DNA of 64,000 bases, taken from positions 1,488,001-1,552,000 of the forward strand of contig OZ249447.1 in assembly GCA_965235115.1 (NCBI GenBank), in the 5' to 3' direction. The DNA is from Laetmonice hystrix. Taxonomy: Eukaryota. Position numbers and translations under genes: made by a program. Below are positions 1 to 14,168 of the stretch, one piece after another; positions within the stretch are counted from its first letter, which is position 1, and every line of letters starts with the position of its first letter. The notes under the pieces are model-generated. The model had not been told where the DNA came from, did no database searches, and worked only from the letters and a program-made list of their open reading frames with translations.

Positions 1-256
1 TCCACCCACACAGTAACATACCCTCTGACAAACATTAACTCGGCAATGAGGAGCCGGTGCCTGGAATTCAGATAAATGGCTAGGCACAGAAAATGTGCAA
101 AGAAATCTAGGTCCTTCTCCTGGTAATGACTCCATAAATCGGCATTTAAATTTGCCTGCAACAAAGCCACAACAATAGAAACCACAAAACAATACATCGA
201 TAGTGGATAGTGTAAGACATTTGTACAGCAGTAAGCCATATTGAATCTGGCAACCC

Positions 257-740
257 CCCGCACTGCCAGGCCCGTCTGAGCCCGCCAGGCCGAACCCGCC
301 AGGCTCACCCCTCCCGCACTGCCAGGCCCGTCTGAGCCCGCCAGGCCGAACCCGCCAGGCTCAACCCCCTCCCCCCCCCCACACTGCCAGGCCCGTCTGA
401 GCCCGCCAGGCCGAACCCGCCAGGCTCAACCCCCTCCCCCCCACACTGCCAGGCCCGTCTGAGCCCGCCAGGCCGAACCCGCCAGGCTCAACCCCCTCCC
501 CCCCACACTGCCAGGCCCGTCTGAGCCCGCCAGGCCGAACCCGCCAGGCTCAACCCCCTCCCCTCCCCCCCCCCCCCCCACACACTGCCAGGCCCGTCTG
601 AGCCCGCCAGGCCGAACCCGCCAGGCTCAACCCTCCCGCACTGCCAGGCCCGTCTGAGCCCGCCAGGCCGAACCCGCCAGGCTCACCCCTCCCGCACTGC
701 CAGGCCCGTCTGAACCCGCCAGGCTCAACCCCCTCCCACG
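257..740. repeat. GC-rich minisatellite, ~55-78 bp unit with variable poly-C, ~8 copies
   Basis: Recurring CACTGCCAGGCCCGTCTGAGCCCGCCAGGCCGAACCCGCCAGGCTCAACC followed by C-runs. Confidence 0.95.
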
Positions 741-1176
741 CTGCAGAGGGATGTTTTACTGTACTACTTACAGATGCACCACTCGGCAGGGAGCAACCGA
801 CCTGTTGCGGGAGTTGTGCGCCGCCTACGTCTTGTATGGAGGAGGTTGCGAGGAGCAGCACAGCCGCCCCCCCCCCCAACTATCCACCCACTCACTACCC
901 TGCCTCGCCACGTCACGGGGGGTACCTATCACAGATACCCATCGTGTGCTGGTTATCTAGATATCAAACTGAATTTCTAATTACGTTATCTGGTCATGGA
1001 TATGGAGATCAGAATGACAGATGTGGTCTACTGATAGTAACACGCATATCTTCGCCAAACTGGCCTAAACTGTAAGGCTCCATGTATCCGGAAATATATC
1101 TTAACAATATGTACATAATTATACAATGGTGTGGGTGGGCGTGCTAGGTACATGTGTACTTAGGTCGAGGAGATCG

Positions 1177-3012
1177 TCTGTTCATACAGGCTGTCTCTGT
1201 TCATGTACAGGCCGGGTCTGTTCATGTACAGGCTGGGTCTGTTCATGTACAGGCTGGGTCTGTTCATGTACAGGCCGGGTCTGTTCATGTACAGGCTGGG
1301 TCTGTTCATGTACAGGCCGGGTCTGTTCATGTACAGGCCGGGTCTGTTCATGTACAGGCCGGGTCTGTTCATGTACAGGCTGTCTCTGTTCATGTACAGG
1401 CCGGGTCTGTTCATGTACAGGCTGGGTCTGTTCATGTAGGGGCTGGGTCTGTTCATGTACAGGCCGGGTCTGTTCATGTAGGGGCTGGGTTTGTTCATGT
1501 ACAGGCCGGGTCTGTTCATGTACAGGCTGTCTCTGTTCATGTACAGGCTGGGTCTGTTCATGGACAGGCTGTCTCTGTTCATGTACAGGCCGGGTCTGTT
1601 CATGTACAGGCCGGGCCTGTTCATGTACAGGCTGTCTCTGTTCATGTACAGGCCGGGTCTGTTCATGTACAGGCCGGGCCTGTTCATGTACAGGCCGGGC
1701 CTGTTCATGTACAGGCTGGGTCTGTTCATGCACAGGCCGGGTTTGTTCATGTACAGGGTGCGTCTGTTCATGTACAGGGTGCGTCTGTTCATGTACAGGG
1801 TGCGTCTGTTCATGTACAGGGTGCGTCTGTTCATGTACAGGGTGCGTCTGTTCATACAGGCTGCCTCTGTTCATGCACAGGCCGGGTCTGTTCATGTACA
1901 GGCTGTCTCTGTTTATGTACAGGCTGTCTCTGTTCATGTACAGGCCGGGTCTGTTCATGTACAGGCTGGGTCTGTTCATGTACAGGGTGCGTCTGTTCAT
2001 GTACAGGGTGCGTCTGTTCATGTACAGGCCGGGTCTGTTCATGTACAGGCTGTCTCTGTTCATGTACAGGCCGGGTCTGTTCATGTACAGGCTGGGTCTG
2101 TTCATGTACAGGCTGTCTCTGTTCATGTACAGGCTGTCTCTGTTCATGTACAGGCCGGGTCTGTTCATGTACAGGCCGGGTCTGTTCATGTACAGGCCGG
2201 GTCTGTTCATGTACAGGCCGGGTCTGTTCATGTACATGCCGGGTCTGTTCATGTACAGGGTGCGTCTGTTCATGTACAGGCCGGGTCTGTTCATGTACAG
2301 GCTGGGTCTGTTCATGTACAGGGTGCGTCTGTTCATGTACAGGGTGCGTCTGTTCATGTACAGGGTGCGTCTGTTCATGTACAGGCTGGGTCTGTTCATG
2401 TACAGGCCGGGTCTGTTCATGTACAGGGTGCGTCTGTTCATGTACAGGGTGCGTCTGTTCATGTACAGGGTGCGTCTGTTCATGTACAGGGTGCGTCTGT
2501 TCATGTACAGGCCGGGTCTGTTCATTTACAGGGTGCGTCTGTTCATGTACAGGGTGCGTCTGTTCATGTACAGGGTGCGTCTGTTCATGTACAGGGTGCG
2601 TCTGTTCATGCACAGGCCGGGTCTGTTCATGTACAGGCTGGGTCAGTTCATGTACAGGGTGCGTCTGTTCATGTACAGGGTGCGTCTGTTCATGTACAGG
2701 GTGCGTCTGTTCATGTACAGGCTGGGTCTGTTCATGTACAGGCCGGGTCTGTTCATGTACAGGCTGGGTCTGTTCATGTACAGGCCGGGTCTGTTCATGT
2801 ACAGGCTGGGTCTGTTCATGTACAGGGTGCGTCTGTTCATGTACAGGCCGGGTCTGTTCATGTACAGGCTGGGTCTGTTCATGTACAGGCTGCCTCTGTT
2901 CATGTACAGGCTGGGTCTGTTCATGTACAGGCTGGGTCTGTTCATGTACAGGCTGTCTCTGTTCATGTACAGGCCGGGTCTGTTCATGTACAGGGTGCGT
3001 CTGTTCATGTAC
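1177..3012. repeat. 21-bp minisatellite, ~87 copies, with interspersed variant types
   Basis: Constant GTCTGTTCATGTACAGG plus variable CCGG/CTGG/CTGT(CT)/GTGC; explains the ORFs at 1126-3266. Confidence 0.97.
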
Positions 3013-3030
3013 ACACAGATGTTAGGGACC

Positions 3031-3822
3031 GCCGTGATAGAATGTGGCTGAGACCTGATATCATAGAGGGTCACCGTGATAGAATGTGGCTCAGACCTGA
3101 TATCATAGAGGGTCACCGTGATAGAATGTGGCTGAGACCTGATATCATAGAGGGTCACCGTGATAGAATGTGGCTGAGACGTGATATCATAGAGGGTCAC
3201 CGTGATAGAATGTGGCTGAGACCTGATATCATAGAGGGTCACCGTGATAGAATGTGGCTGACGTGATATCATAGAGGGTCACCGTGATAGAATGTGGCTC
3301 AGACCTGATATCATAGAGGGTCACCGTGATAGAATGTGGCTCAGACCTGATATCATGGAGGGTCACCGTGATAGAATGTGGCTCAGTCACCGTGATAGAA
3401 TGTGGCTGAGACCTGATATCATAGCGGGTCACCGTGATAGAATGTGGCTCAGACCTGATATCATAGAGGGTCACCATGATAGAATGTGGCTGAGACCTGA
3501 TATTATAGAGGGTCACCGTGATAGAATGTGGCTCAGACCTGATATCATAGAGGGTCACCGTGATAGAATGTGGCTGAGACCTGATATCATAGAGGGTCAC
3601 CGTGATAGAATGTGGCTGAGACCTGATATCATGGAGGGTCACCGTGATAGAATGTGGCTCAGACCTGATATCATGGAGGGTCACCGTGATAGAATGTGGC
3701 TCAGACCTGATATCATGGAGGGTCACCGTGATAGAATGTGGCTGAGACCTGATATCATAGAGGGTCACCGTGATAGAATGTGGCTGAGACCTGATATCAT
3801 AGAGGGTCACCGTGATAGAATG
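3031..3822. repeat. 42-bp minisatellite, ~19 copies
   Basis: Unit CCGTGATAGAATGTGGCTGAGACCTGATATCATAGAGGGTCA. Confidence 0.97.
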
Positions 3823-4214
3823 TGACCGCAGACCTATAATGAAGAGAGGGGGTGGCAGTCACGATGCTGTTAGTGCAGCGATATGCATGTAGTCGATGTA
3901 CACAATAAATCGCTACTCGTGTTACCCATACTGCAGGTATCCAGGTAGCACGATCCTCCAGTGTAACGAGTGATCGCAGCGCCACCACCGGCCAATAGCC
4001 CATACTTCTCTCCTTATATGGTGTGACGCCTATAACTCTGAGGTTGGTCGTGGGCTGAACGGTAGCGTCTCAAGGCGCCACCAAAATAAACTGGTCGTGC
4101 AGCAGGTATCGGTGGATACCCACATGTATGTCATGTCAAATAACAACAGAAGGTGGTGGGCGAATGTAGTTTAAATCGCGTCACTTTACAATTCGTATCC
4201 TAATCTTCTATTCA

Positions 4215-4447
4215 CTTGCTATCGTTGACTGCCCCCCTCCCCCACCAACTGTCAGAACATGAACAGCAGGTCTGCGTAGGTTTATGTGGACTTTGCTATC
4301 GTTGACTGTCCCCCTCTCCCACCAACTGTCAGAACATGAACGGCAGGTCTGCGTAGGTTTATGTGGACTTTGCTATCGTTGACTGTCCCCCTCCCCCACC
4401 AACTGTCAGAACATGAACAGCAGGTCTGCGTAGGTTTATGTGGACTT
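4215..4447. repeat. ~77-bp tandem repeat, 3 copies, merging into the next array
   Basis: TGCTATCGTTGACTG..CCACCAACTGTCAGAACATGAACAGCAGGTCTGCGTAGGTTTATGTGGACTT; shares GTAGGTTTATGTGGACTTTG with the next array. Confidence 0.93.
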
Positions 4448-5368
4448 TGTGAAATATTACAGTGATTGTAAACAGGGTAAGGTAACGTTCTGTGTAGGTT
4501 TATGTGGACTTTGTGAAATATTACAGTGATTGTAAACAGGGTAACGTAACGTTCTGTAGGTTTATGTGGACTTTGTGAAATATTACAGTGATTGTAAACA
4601 GGGTAAGGTAACGTTCTGTGTAGGTTTATGTGGACTTTGTGAAATATTACTGTGATTGTAAACAGGGTAAGGTAACGTTCTGTAGGTTTATGTGGACTTT
4701 ATGAAATATTACAGTGATTGTAAACAGGGTAACGTAACTTTCTGTGTAGGTTTATGTGGACTTTATGAAATATTACAGTGAGTGTAAACAGGGTAAGGTA
4801 ACGTTCTGTGTAGGTTTATGTGGACTTTGTGAAATATTACAGTGATTGTAAACAGGGTAAGGTAACGTTCTGTGTAGGTTTATGTGGACTTTGTGAAATA
4901 TTACAGTGATTGTAAACAGGGTAACGTAACGTTCTGTAGGTTTATGTGGACTTTGTGAAATATTACAGTGATTGTAAACAGGGTAACGTAACGTTCTGTG
5001 TAGGTTTATGTGGACAATGTGAAATATTACAGTGATTGTAAACAGGGTAAGGTAACGTTCTGTAGGTTTATGTGGACTTTGTGAAATATTACAGTGATTG
5101 TAAACAGGGTAACGTAACGTTCTGTAGGTTTATGTGGACTTTGTGAAATATTACAGTGATTGTAAACAGGGTAACGTAACGTTCTGTGTAGGTTTATGTG
5201 GACAATGTGAAATATTACAGTGATTGTAAACAGGGCAACGTAACGTTCTGTAGGTTTATGTGGACTTTATGAAATATTACAGTGATTGTAAACAGGGTAA
5301 CGTAACGTTCTGTAGGTTTATGTGGACTTTGTGAAATATTACTGTGATTGTAAACAGGGTAACGTAAC
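4430..5368. repeat. 61-63-bp minisatellite, ~15 copies
   Basis: Unit GTAGGTTTATGTGGACTTTGTGAAATATTACAGTGATTGTAAACAGGGTAAGGTAACGTTCT(GT). Confidence 0.97.
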
Positions 5369-5844
5369 AGGTTGGTGTCTCACCCAACAAACAAAGGACC
5401 CCCGGAGTTTATTGTATTTTTCTTTTGGCCCAGTCGGTTTACCCCATCCTGCCCATTTAAGTATAGCCACCTACGTTTACATTCTACTATGAGAATTATT
5501 ACATTCTATTTGAAGATGTTGATATGTAACATATGAACGGGTCTCCAAACGCCTTTAGTAATTCTATACTTCCTTCACGTCAGCTATAACTCAGTCTACC
5601 CGGGCACGTTATCAATATTCATGTGTCCCCAAGCCACCCGGAATACATTGCTGTTATAGCTGTGGGCCAAGGATCATATATGAATAGATCAAAGGTAGCC
5701 TGACATACTTCTCTCGCCTCTCACCTTAATCTGGTCACTGTGACCCTAACTACTCTTTCATACCCGAGTCTTTAATCTCTCCGACATGGTTCGACATGGT
5801 TCTGGAATGGTGACAACTGTTACAACCTGACCTCATTCGTACAC

Positions 5845-6757
5845 AACCCAGAAATATCAGGGACGATGTCGACCCACGCCATACAGGGCCTACATCTGTC
5901 CATGTTAACCCTAAACCCAGAAATATCAGGGACGATGTCGACCCACGCCATACAGGGCCTACATCTGTCCATGTTAGCCCTAACCAACCCAGAAATATCA
6001 GGGACGATGTCGACCCACGCCATACAGGGCCTACATCTGTCCATGTTAGCCCTAACCAACCCAGAAATATCAGGGACGATGTCGGCCCGCGCCATACAGG
6101 GCCTACATCTGTCCATGTTAGCCCTAACCAACCCAGAAATATCAGGGACGATGTCGACCCACGCCATACAGGGCCTACATCTGTCCATGTTAGCCCTAAC
6201 CAACCCAGAAATATCAGGGACGATGTCGACCCACGCCATACAGGGCCTACATCTGTCCATGTTAACCCTAACCAACCCAGAAATATCAGGGACGATGTCG
6301 ACCCACGCCATACAGGGCCTACATCTGTCCATGTTAACCCTAACCAACCCAGAAATATCAGGGACGATGTCGACCCACGCCATACAGGGCCTACATCTGT
6401 CCATGTTAACCCTAACCAACCCAGAAATATCAGGGACGATGTCGACCCACGCCATACAGGGCCTACATCTGTCCATGTTAACCCTAACCAACCCAGAAAT
6501 ATCAGGGACGATGTCGACCCACGCCATACAGGGCCTACATCTGTCCATGTTAACCCTAACCAACCCAGAAATATCAGGGACGATGTCGCCCCGCGCCATA
6601 CAGGGCCTACATCTGTCCATGTTAACCCTAACCAACCCAGAAATATCAGGGACGATGTCGACCCACGCCATATAGGGCCTACATCTGTCCATGTTAACCC
6701 TAACCAACCCAGAAATATCAGGGACGATGTCGACCCACGCCATACAGGGCCTACATT
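5845..6757. repeat. 72-bp minisatellite, ~12.5 copies
   Basis: AACCCAGAAATATCAGGGACGATGTCGACCCACGCCATACAGGGCCTACATCTGTCCATGTTAACCCTAACC repeated. Confidence 0.97.
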
Positions 6758-6923
6758 CTGTCCATCCCCTTCGACTAAAACGTTTTATTAACTGATAAAT
6801 TATTATTTTACAAATTACAGTTAGTATATGCCATTAAGTTGCACTTGTGCCCTAATTTTAAGAAATGAGGCCCTAGAGGAAATATATCTATTAATCTGAA
6901 AGATGTCGTCCTATAATATTGGT

Positions 6924-7267
6924 CTTAGAAGATATCAAAAGTAGGCATATTACAATATGAACTGACTATAACCTTAGAAGATATCAAAAGTAGGCATATT
7001 ACAATATGAATTGACTATAACCTTAGAAGATATCAAAAGTAGGTATATTACAATATGAATTGACTATATCCTTAGAAGATATCAAAAGTAGGCATATTAC
7101 AATACGAATTGACTATAACCTTAGAAGATATCAAAAGTAGGCATATTACAATATGAATTGACTATAACCTTAGAAGATATCAAAAGTAGGCATATTACAA
7201 TACGAATTGACTATAACCTTAGAAGATATCAAAAGTAGGCATATTACAATACGAATTGACTATATCC
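6924..7267. repeat. 49-bp AT-rich minisatellite, 7 copies
   Basis: CTTAGAAGATATCAAAAGTAGGCATATTACAATATGAATTGACTATAAC at 6924, 6973, 7022 and onward. Confidence 0.95.
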
Positions 7268-8790
7268 TAAAGATGCAGATAATAAGAGAGGTTACATAAG
7301 AAGGGGAATATAATTAATATAATAAAAACTAAACGTTATTCCACTTAACGTTACCTGATCGGTGGTGGGTTTGCGCGGGAATCAAAGACCTCAATATTTA
7401 CCTCTGACTACCGGGAGATATAAGGTCACCGAGATATTGAGGCTACTCAAACAGCGGGTGTCGAAGGTCACGACCCTTGACCTATTTTCACGGTCACAAC
7501 ACGAGGACGCGACTTGGACGAGACATGTGTACCGGGGTCAAGGCTGGGTCACGTGGGCGGAAGTATCATCCCTGGAGATCGGGTCATTGTCAAACAGCAC
7601 ATCCTTCGTCCATTTGTCAGAGTGGATATTACGGGAGTTAGCCATATTCTCACCCAGGGTACGGCTTATCTCTGGGTCCAGGGATCTATGGCATACACTC
7701 CACATGGGTCCGAACAACTGAGAAATGACCACTTCCTGGGCGGGGTCACACCGGGGTCAAGTTTTGGCAGGCAGTTGGGTTAGTAATATGAGCAACTCGG
7801 GCATGGTTTGACCCCTCTGGTTTGACTACAGGACAGCGGACTAGACCTGGGGACAAGTTTTGGCGGGAAAATGGCAAGATTATAGAAGGCCGATTTATTT
7901 ACACAGCAGAAACCTCGGCCAGAACCGTAAACTATGTGGTCAGCGGGGAGGTGCTGCCTTCATCTTCTGGACTTTGAGAGAGGTTTCCTTAAACCGTAAT
8001 CATTTGAAAATATTTACGAAGATATGATCACAGGATAGGCGCGCACAAATATAGGTATACATACTACTGCATAGATCCTGTGAACATTAACGACCTAGAG
8101 ATATGCTAAATGTAGAACGATGTAGTTTGTCTCATTGATATTTGAGACCTCCCCCACGACCCCATGTAGACGGACGTCCTAACGACGCGTACCTCATCAA
8201 GGACACAGAAGTTTGTGTCCCCAGAATAATCTTTCCGTGTCAATAATACTCAGGTCAGTATCTTTTCATGAACCCGTCGACGAAAACACGGTTCTTTTCA
8301 TCTCATGGAGTCATTCAGGTCGACTTGTCAGTTTGGTGTCGGGGGGAACGTCATGAACGGATGTGATAACAAAATGTTGACATTCCTAATTCATGCCACT
8401 TATCGACTCCCAGGTGGCAGTTCGATCGCTACGGGATTCATAGCGAGGCTGTATGGAGGCATGCCGGGAAGGGGGCACGGGTTCACTGGGACGCTGACAG
8501 GAACGGACGGCTGGCTCATTGTAAACGTCACGAGGGTTTCAATTCTCATCAGAGATCAGCACTGAGTACATCAGTGGTCATGAATAATAACCCACTGATC
8601 CCTGCCCACCCCCGCCCACACCCCTACCGGCGTCCCAGGCCATCTTGAAAGGTTACTTGATGCAATCAGCATACTCGTGGTTGGCCTACCAATCGACCAT
8701 GACCCCAGCACTCAACCCCATCCTCTCACCGGGAGAACACATCGTAACATCTCCGCAACACTTGGGTGTAAAAACAACAAGACTGACCCA

Positions 8791-9908
8791 AAACCTACCC
8801 TTGTCCCTGCCCCAAAACAAAAACCTACCCTTGTCCCTGTCCCAAAACCTACCCTTGTCTCTGTCCCAAAACAAAACCTACCCTTGTCTCTGTCCCAAAA
8901 CAAAAACCTACCCTTGTCTCTGCCCCAAAACCTACCCTTGTCCCTGCCCCAAAACCTACCCTGGTCCCTGTCCCAAAACCTACCCTTGTCCCTGCCCCAA
9001 AACCTACCCTTGTCCCTGTCCCAAAACCTACCCTTGTCCCTGTCCCAAACCCTACCCTTGTCCCTGTCCCAAAACCTACCCTTGTCCCTGTCCCAAAACC
9101 TACCCTTGTCCCTGTCCCAAAACCTACCCTTGTCCCTGTCCCAAAACCTACCCTTGTCCCTGTCCCAAAACCTACCCTTGTCCCTGTCCCAAAACAAAAA
9201 CCTACCCTTGTCCCTGCCCCAAAACCTACCCTTGTCCCTGTCCAAAAACAAAAACCTACCCTTGTCCCTGCCCCACCCTTGTCCCTGTCCCAAAACAAAA
9301 GCCTACCCTTGTCCCTGTCCCAAAACCTACCCTTGTCCCTGCCCAAAAACAAAAACCTACCCTTGTCCCTGCCCCAAAACAAAACCCTACCCTTGTCCCT
9401 GTCCCAAAACAAAAACCTACCCTTGTCCCTGCCCCACCCTTGTCCCTGTCCCAAAACAAAAGCCTACCCTTGTCCCTGTCCCAAAACCTACCCTTGTCCC
9501 TGCCCAAAAACAAAAACCTACCCTTGTCCCTGCCCCAAAACAAAACCCTACCCTTGTCCCTGTCCCAAAACAAAAACCTACCCTTGTCCCTGTCCCAAAA
9601 CAAAAACCTACCCTTGTCCCTGCCCCACCCTTGTCCCTGTCCCAAAACAAAAACCTACCCTTGTCCCTGCCCCAAAACAAAAACCTACCCTTGTCCCTGT
9701 CCCAAAACAAAAACCTACCCTTGTCCCTGCCCCACCCTTGTCCCTGTCCCAAAACAAAAACCTACCCTTGTCCCTGCCCCAAAACAAAAACCTACCCTTG
9801 TCCCTGTCCCAAAACAAAAACCTACCCTTGTCCCTGCCCCAAAACAAAAACCTACCCTTGTCCCTGCCCCAAAACAAAAACCTACCCTTGTCCCTGCCCC
9901 AAAACAAA
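8791..9908. repeat. 21/27-bp minisatellite with shorter variants
   Basis: AAAACCTACCCTTGTCCCTGTCCC with or without AAAACA; explains the ORFs at 8645-10059. Confidence 0.97.
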
Positions 9909-10039
9909 GACCGGGTTGCCGGATTATCCTGCGGGTTATCGCCCGGATTCTGTGGCTGATCGGGAAGCCATGCGTAGTGTAATGAGAGACTTCAATAAAG
10001 TTAGAATAGCATACATAATTATTTTAAAATTTCCTCAAA

Positions 10040-11590
10040 AACCGCAAAAATCCGCCTAACAGTGCGTCAATACGGTATACGTATATTTATAGTGCTAAAT
10101 AAACATACAATGTCTGATCAATTCGGGGCATCGTGTGCTCTCTTACACAACCGTATTTACCCGCCTGTAGCGGTCCCCCTTCATTTAGGCGAACAATGGT
10201 GCTCAAGTACAAACCCGTGCAGCACACGGGTGTTAGCTTGTCGACAGATACATGTATATTGGGGCGGGAGAAGCACATGACAGTTCGTTCATGCCAATTG
10301 GTAGGCCGACCTTATATATAGATATCTGGCACTGTTCTTTGGAGAAAACGTTAAAATAGTTGCATATCCAAGGGTTTGCACCAGACCTTTCACATTATGA
10401 AACAGTCCACCATAATAAAATATGACGATGACAAAGAGCGAAGTACGTGTCTACCACTTGTCGTGGTCGTGACGCACTCGGCTGGTGCGGCACGTTATGT
10501 TACATGAGTGTGTGCCACAGGGGTACATCCCCCGTGCTAACTTAACCCCACGAAATTTAGTCTGAAGTAAAGATTCATAGCCCTGACCTTATCCCTAATC
10601 CCTAACCCCGGCCCCTGCACCTCCCAAAAACATATCCCTATCCTATCCCTATCCCTATCCTTAACCCGAACCCCTGCCAAAAAAAAATCTGTCAACACTC
10701 CAAGGACTTGTCACCTTTCACTACTCTTCGTGACGTGCAAGTTGTTCTGGCTCGAGGGGGATTCGAACCCAGACGTGACAGACCCTGTTGGTCACCGAGC
10801 CAGAGAGGATGGCAGTATTTAGCAAACACCCTCCAACGACAGACCGACCAGCCTCACCATAATACTCTCAAGTACTGCACAATGTAGCGAAACCAGGTGT
10901 GAAAGGAATGGAGATCTGTCGGACCTAGATTCCCTGGTTATGCAGGTCCGAGGTAATCAACTTAGTGGTATAAGACAATATAATTAAGAAAATACAAATG
11001 GATTGAGGTTGAGGTTAGGATTAGGGATAGGATTCTGAAGAAATATTTCCGCAAAAATCCGCTTATAGGCGCACGCGCCTAAAAGTGCGTCAATACGGTA
11101 TACATACGGTATATTTATAGTGCTAAATAAACACCTGTGTGGGTGCGCCAATATTCACATACAGGCGCATGTGGGTGCATGCGGATGTAGCCTATGTGAG
11201 ACAGTTTCTAATTTCCCGCGTTAAATCTATTATTCAGATATAGGCGCACCCACGTACGTGATTATATTGTAGGCTACAGTTGTGTTACCGTAGGCCTGAG
11301 ATCATGAATGGACGTAGCCTGGGCCCATGTTTTTCACTCGAAGGACTGTCGGTGGCAGTAGTATTGCACTCTACCATTAGGGGTGTGCATGTGCACCTAT
11401 ATATGTGAATATTGGGGTGCGCCTATAGATCTAGGCCTATGTGAATATTGGGGGTGTGCTTATACCCGGATATAGGCCCATGCGCCTATAGCCTAGATCT
11501 ATCTGACGATTTTTGATTTTGAAATGTCCTCAAAAAACGCAAAAATCCGCTTATAGGCGCACGCGCCTAAAAGTGCGTCAATATGGTAGC
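10040..11590 (+). repeat. Three same-orientation copies of a dispersed element end (~10040-10105, 11045-11125, 11530-11590)
   Basis: CGCAAAAATCCGC..AAAGTGCGTCAATACGGTA recurs three times; its reverse complement TACCGTATTGACGCAC.. resembles a DNA-transposon terminal repeat (inference). Confidence 0.7.
10690..10805 (-). mobile_element. tRNA-derived SINE-like fragment
   Basis: Pol III B box GGGTTCGAATCC on the minus strand (10759-10770); no complete cloverleaf. Confidence 0.45.
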
Positions 11591-12568
11591 CTAACCATGA
11601 ATCTGGTGGAATGTAGGTTACCAATCTCGACTCGCTGCCGATGGTTATAGAATAGTGTGATGTCACGATGGAGAGTCCATCAAAATCCAGATTAGCCCCT
11701 ACGTATTCGGAGAAACTGCGCAGAACGTCGCTCGGCCCGCCACGATATTCTCGCGGGAATTCCGCTCGATTGTGTCTGTTCTATTATTGGCGTTCTACAC
11801 AGACGCGTCGTTTATTTATAGCGCTCTGACGTCGTTTTGACGCAGCGTTCCTAGTAGCGCGGCCTGCATCACGAGACGGTCGGCGTTCGTGGAGGTTAGC
11901 AATGTTTGTAAACATTGCGCCGTGTTCTGTGGGTACGGCCTTCACAGGTCAACAAACCGACGCACATCTCCGTACAGTTGGCTGGGCAGGGCGTCGACCT
12001 GGCAGTGTGCCATCTTCAAGTCTGTGTATAATATACAGTGATTGGGCGGGGTTATAATATACAATATCAGAGAATAGCAGCACCCAGTGCCATTGTGCTA
12101 AATCCTCTATACACCCGCCAGTGGTGCTAGGCCTATATGTACATTATATGTCAGGTTAGAACAACGAGACTATACCCAGTCACGTTGGTTCCATAGCCCA
12201 GGTAGCCTGGCGGCCGTTGTTTTTCTCGGTGTTGGTAAACAAGTCGGTGTTGCGCAATAAAAGTGTGCCTTTGTGGGCTCCACGTAAAGGTCGTTGGATG
12301 GGGGTAGTGACGTGGAGGGCAGGGCGGTCATGGGCTGGCAGCCAGGGCTGGGGGGTGGGGGTAATACTGAGCCATAATCTGACGGCCAGGGGTGGATGAA
12401 ATACCGAGCCAAATATCCTCTGGCCACAAACCAGGAATACGGTGACCAACGATGTTTGTATTGCCCTATACCCATTTAACACTCTCTGTTTACCTCAACT
12501 CAAGTACACGCGATATAATAATTTATGTTCTATATCGTATATATTTGGGTGTAGGCCAAAGTGTATTC

Positions 12569-12951
12569 ATAAACTTACCATGCAACCATTAAACTCATGT
12601 CCAGGTTATTCAAAGAGAGGTGGAGCCCTGTGTTTACGATTTCAATAAACTTACCATGCAACCATTAAACTCATATCCAGGTTATTCAAAGAGAGGTGGA
12701 GCCCTGTGTTTACGATTTCAATAAACTTACCATGCAACCATTAAACTCATGTCCAGGTTATACAAAGAGAGGTGGAGCCCTGTGTTTACGATTTCAATAA
12801 ACTTACCATGCAACCATTAAATTCATATCCAGGTTATACAAAGAGAGGTGGAGCCCTGTGTTTACGATTTCAATAAACTTATTACCATGCAACCATTAAA
12901 CTCATATCCAGGTTATGCAAAGTGAGGTGGGGCCCTGTGTTTACGATTTCA
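12569..12951. repeat. 76-bp minisatellite, 5 copies
   Basis: ATAAACTTACCATGCAACCATTAAACTCATGTCCAGGTTATTCAAAGAGAGGTGGAGCCCTGTGTTTACGATTTCA. Confidence 0.95.
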
Positions 12952-14168
12952 ATGAGAGCAATCTATATAATTGTAATTTCGTGCATTATTTCGGTTTAAT
13001 AAGTCTATACTACATTCCCCCAGAAATATAATAATCTTCCAGTGCTGTATATACGGCAAACTGTATGACCACTTTGTTACGTCAGGTTTATTGACATTAA
13101 TTTCACCCCCGTCCTCTATACTTGTACTGACCATCAGCGTCAGGCCGCCGACAGATTCCTATAATCAGTCTGCGGGTTTTCATTTTTCCGTTCTTTCTTA
13201 AATGGGGGTTCCCGAAAGCTCACTGATTATATTGTCTGAATTTACAGACACGCACACCATCAACAATTCAACTCTATACGTGTAGGCCTAGTAGGTTTAC
13301 GTACTGCATTAATACAACACAGCGACATACTCATCCTCACCATGTGATCAGTGTGTTGATCTATTTATGATTCTATACAAAGTCACCTTCTCATGGACAC
13401 TCGGGGTTTCCCCCTAATTCTGACTAATTCTAATTCACCCTCCACACCACCCTATACCCCTAAGTCTGTAAACCTTGGGGTTTTATTAATCACCCTCACC
13501 CCTTAGGTTTCTAATGTTGACCTTGATTCTGTCATTGAGATGGTCGGATGGCCTGACACGGCCGGGGTCGGGGTTACATGGTTTGGGGTTACTCACGCCC
13601 GGTCCTCACCCCCGACGCTGGGTACGATCGGGGTACGGTCCGGGTACGGTCCGGGTACGGTTCGGGTACGGTCGGGCGACCAGCCGCGTACTGCATGAGC
13701 CAGAACGCTGACGGCGGCCGGGCGACGATGGGATACCGCGTCGGAAAACGCCAGACGCTGCTATTGATCCTAACGCTGACCCTCACTCCCCTCCCCCCAC
13801 CTAACCACAACCCCCGCCAAACCCCCACCCCCACACTACCCACCCACTCCGCCGCCACTGCTCCCGCCAAGCCTGAAAGTAGTCCCGGCCATTATTATGA
13901 TGATATGATAATTCTATTAACGCTATTCACGTGCTGCCTAGAAATCGCGGGAATTTTCCTGGCGCCAAGCACGTGATAGTGAGTGTGGTTTGTTTACATC
14001 AGATAATATTCCTGGAATTTTCAATTTCTAAAGAACAATCTGTGGTAAATCATTCTCGACACACATTTGGCGTTATTGGCACGAGTTTGTCTTTAATTTA
14101 AGTGGGGCATATTTATGAAAGTTGCTGACATCTGGAAAATCCGCGGCGCACCTGTAGACTTTTTCCAT

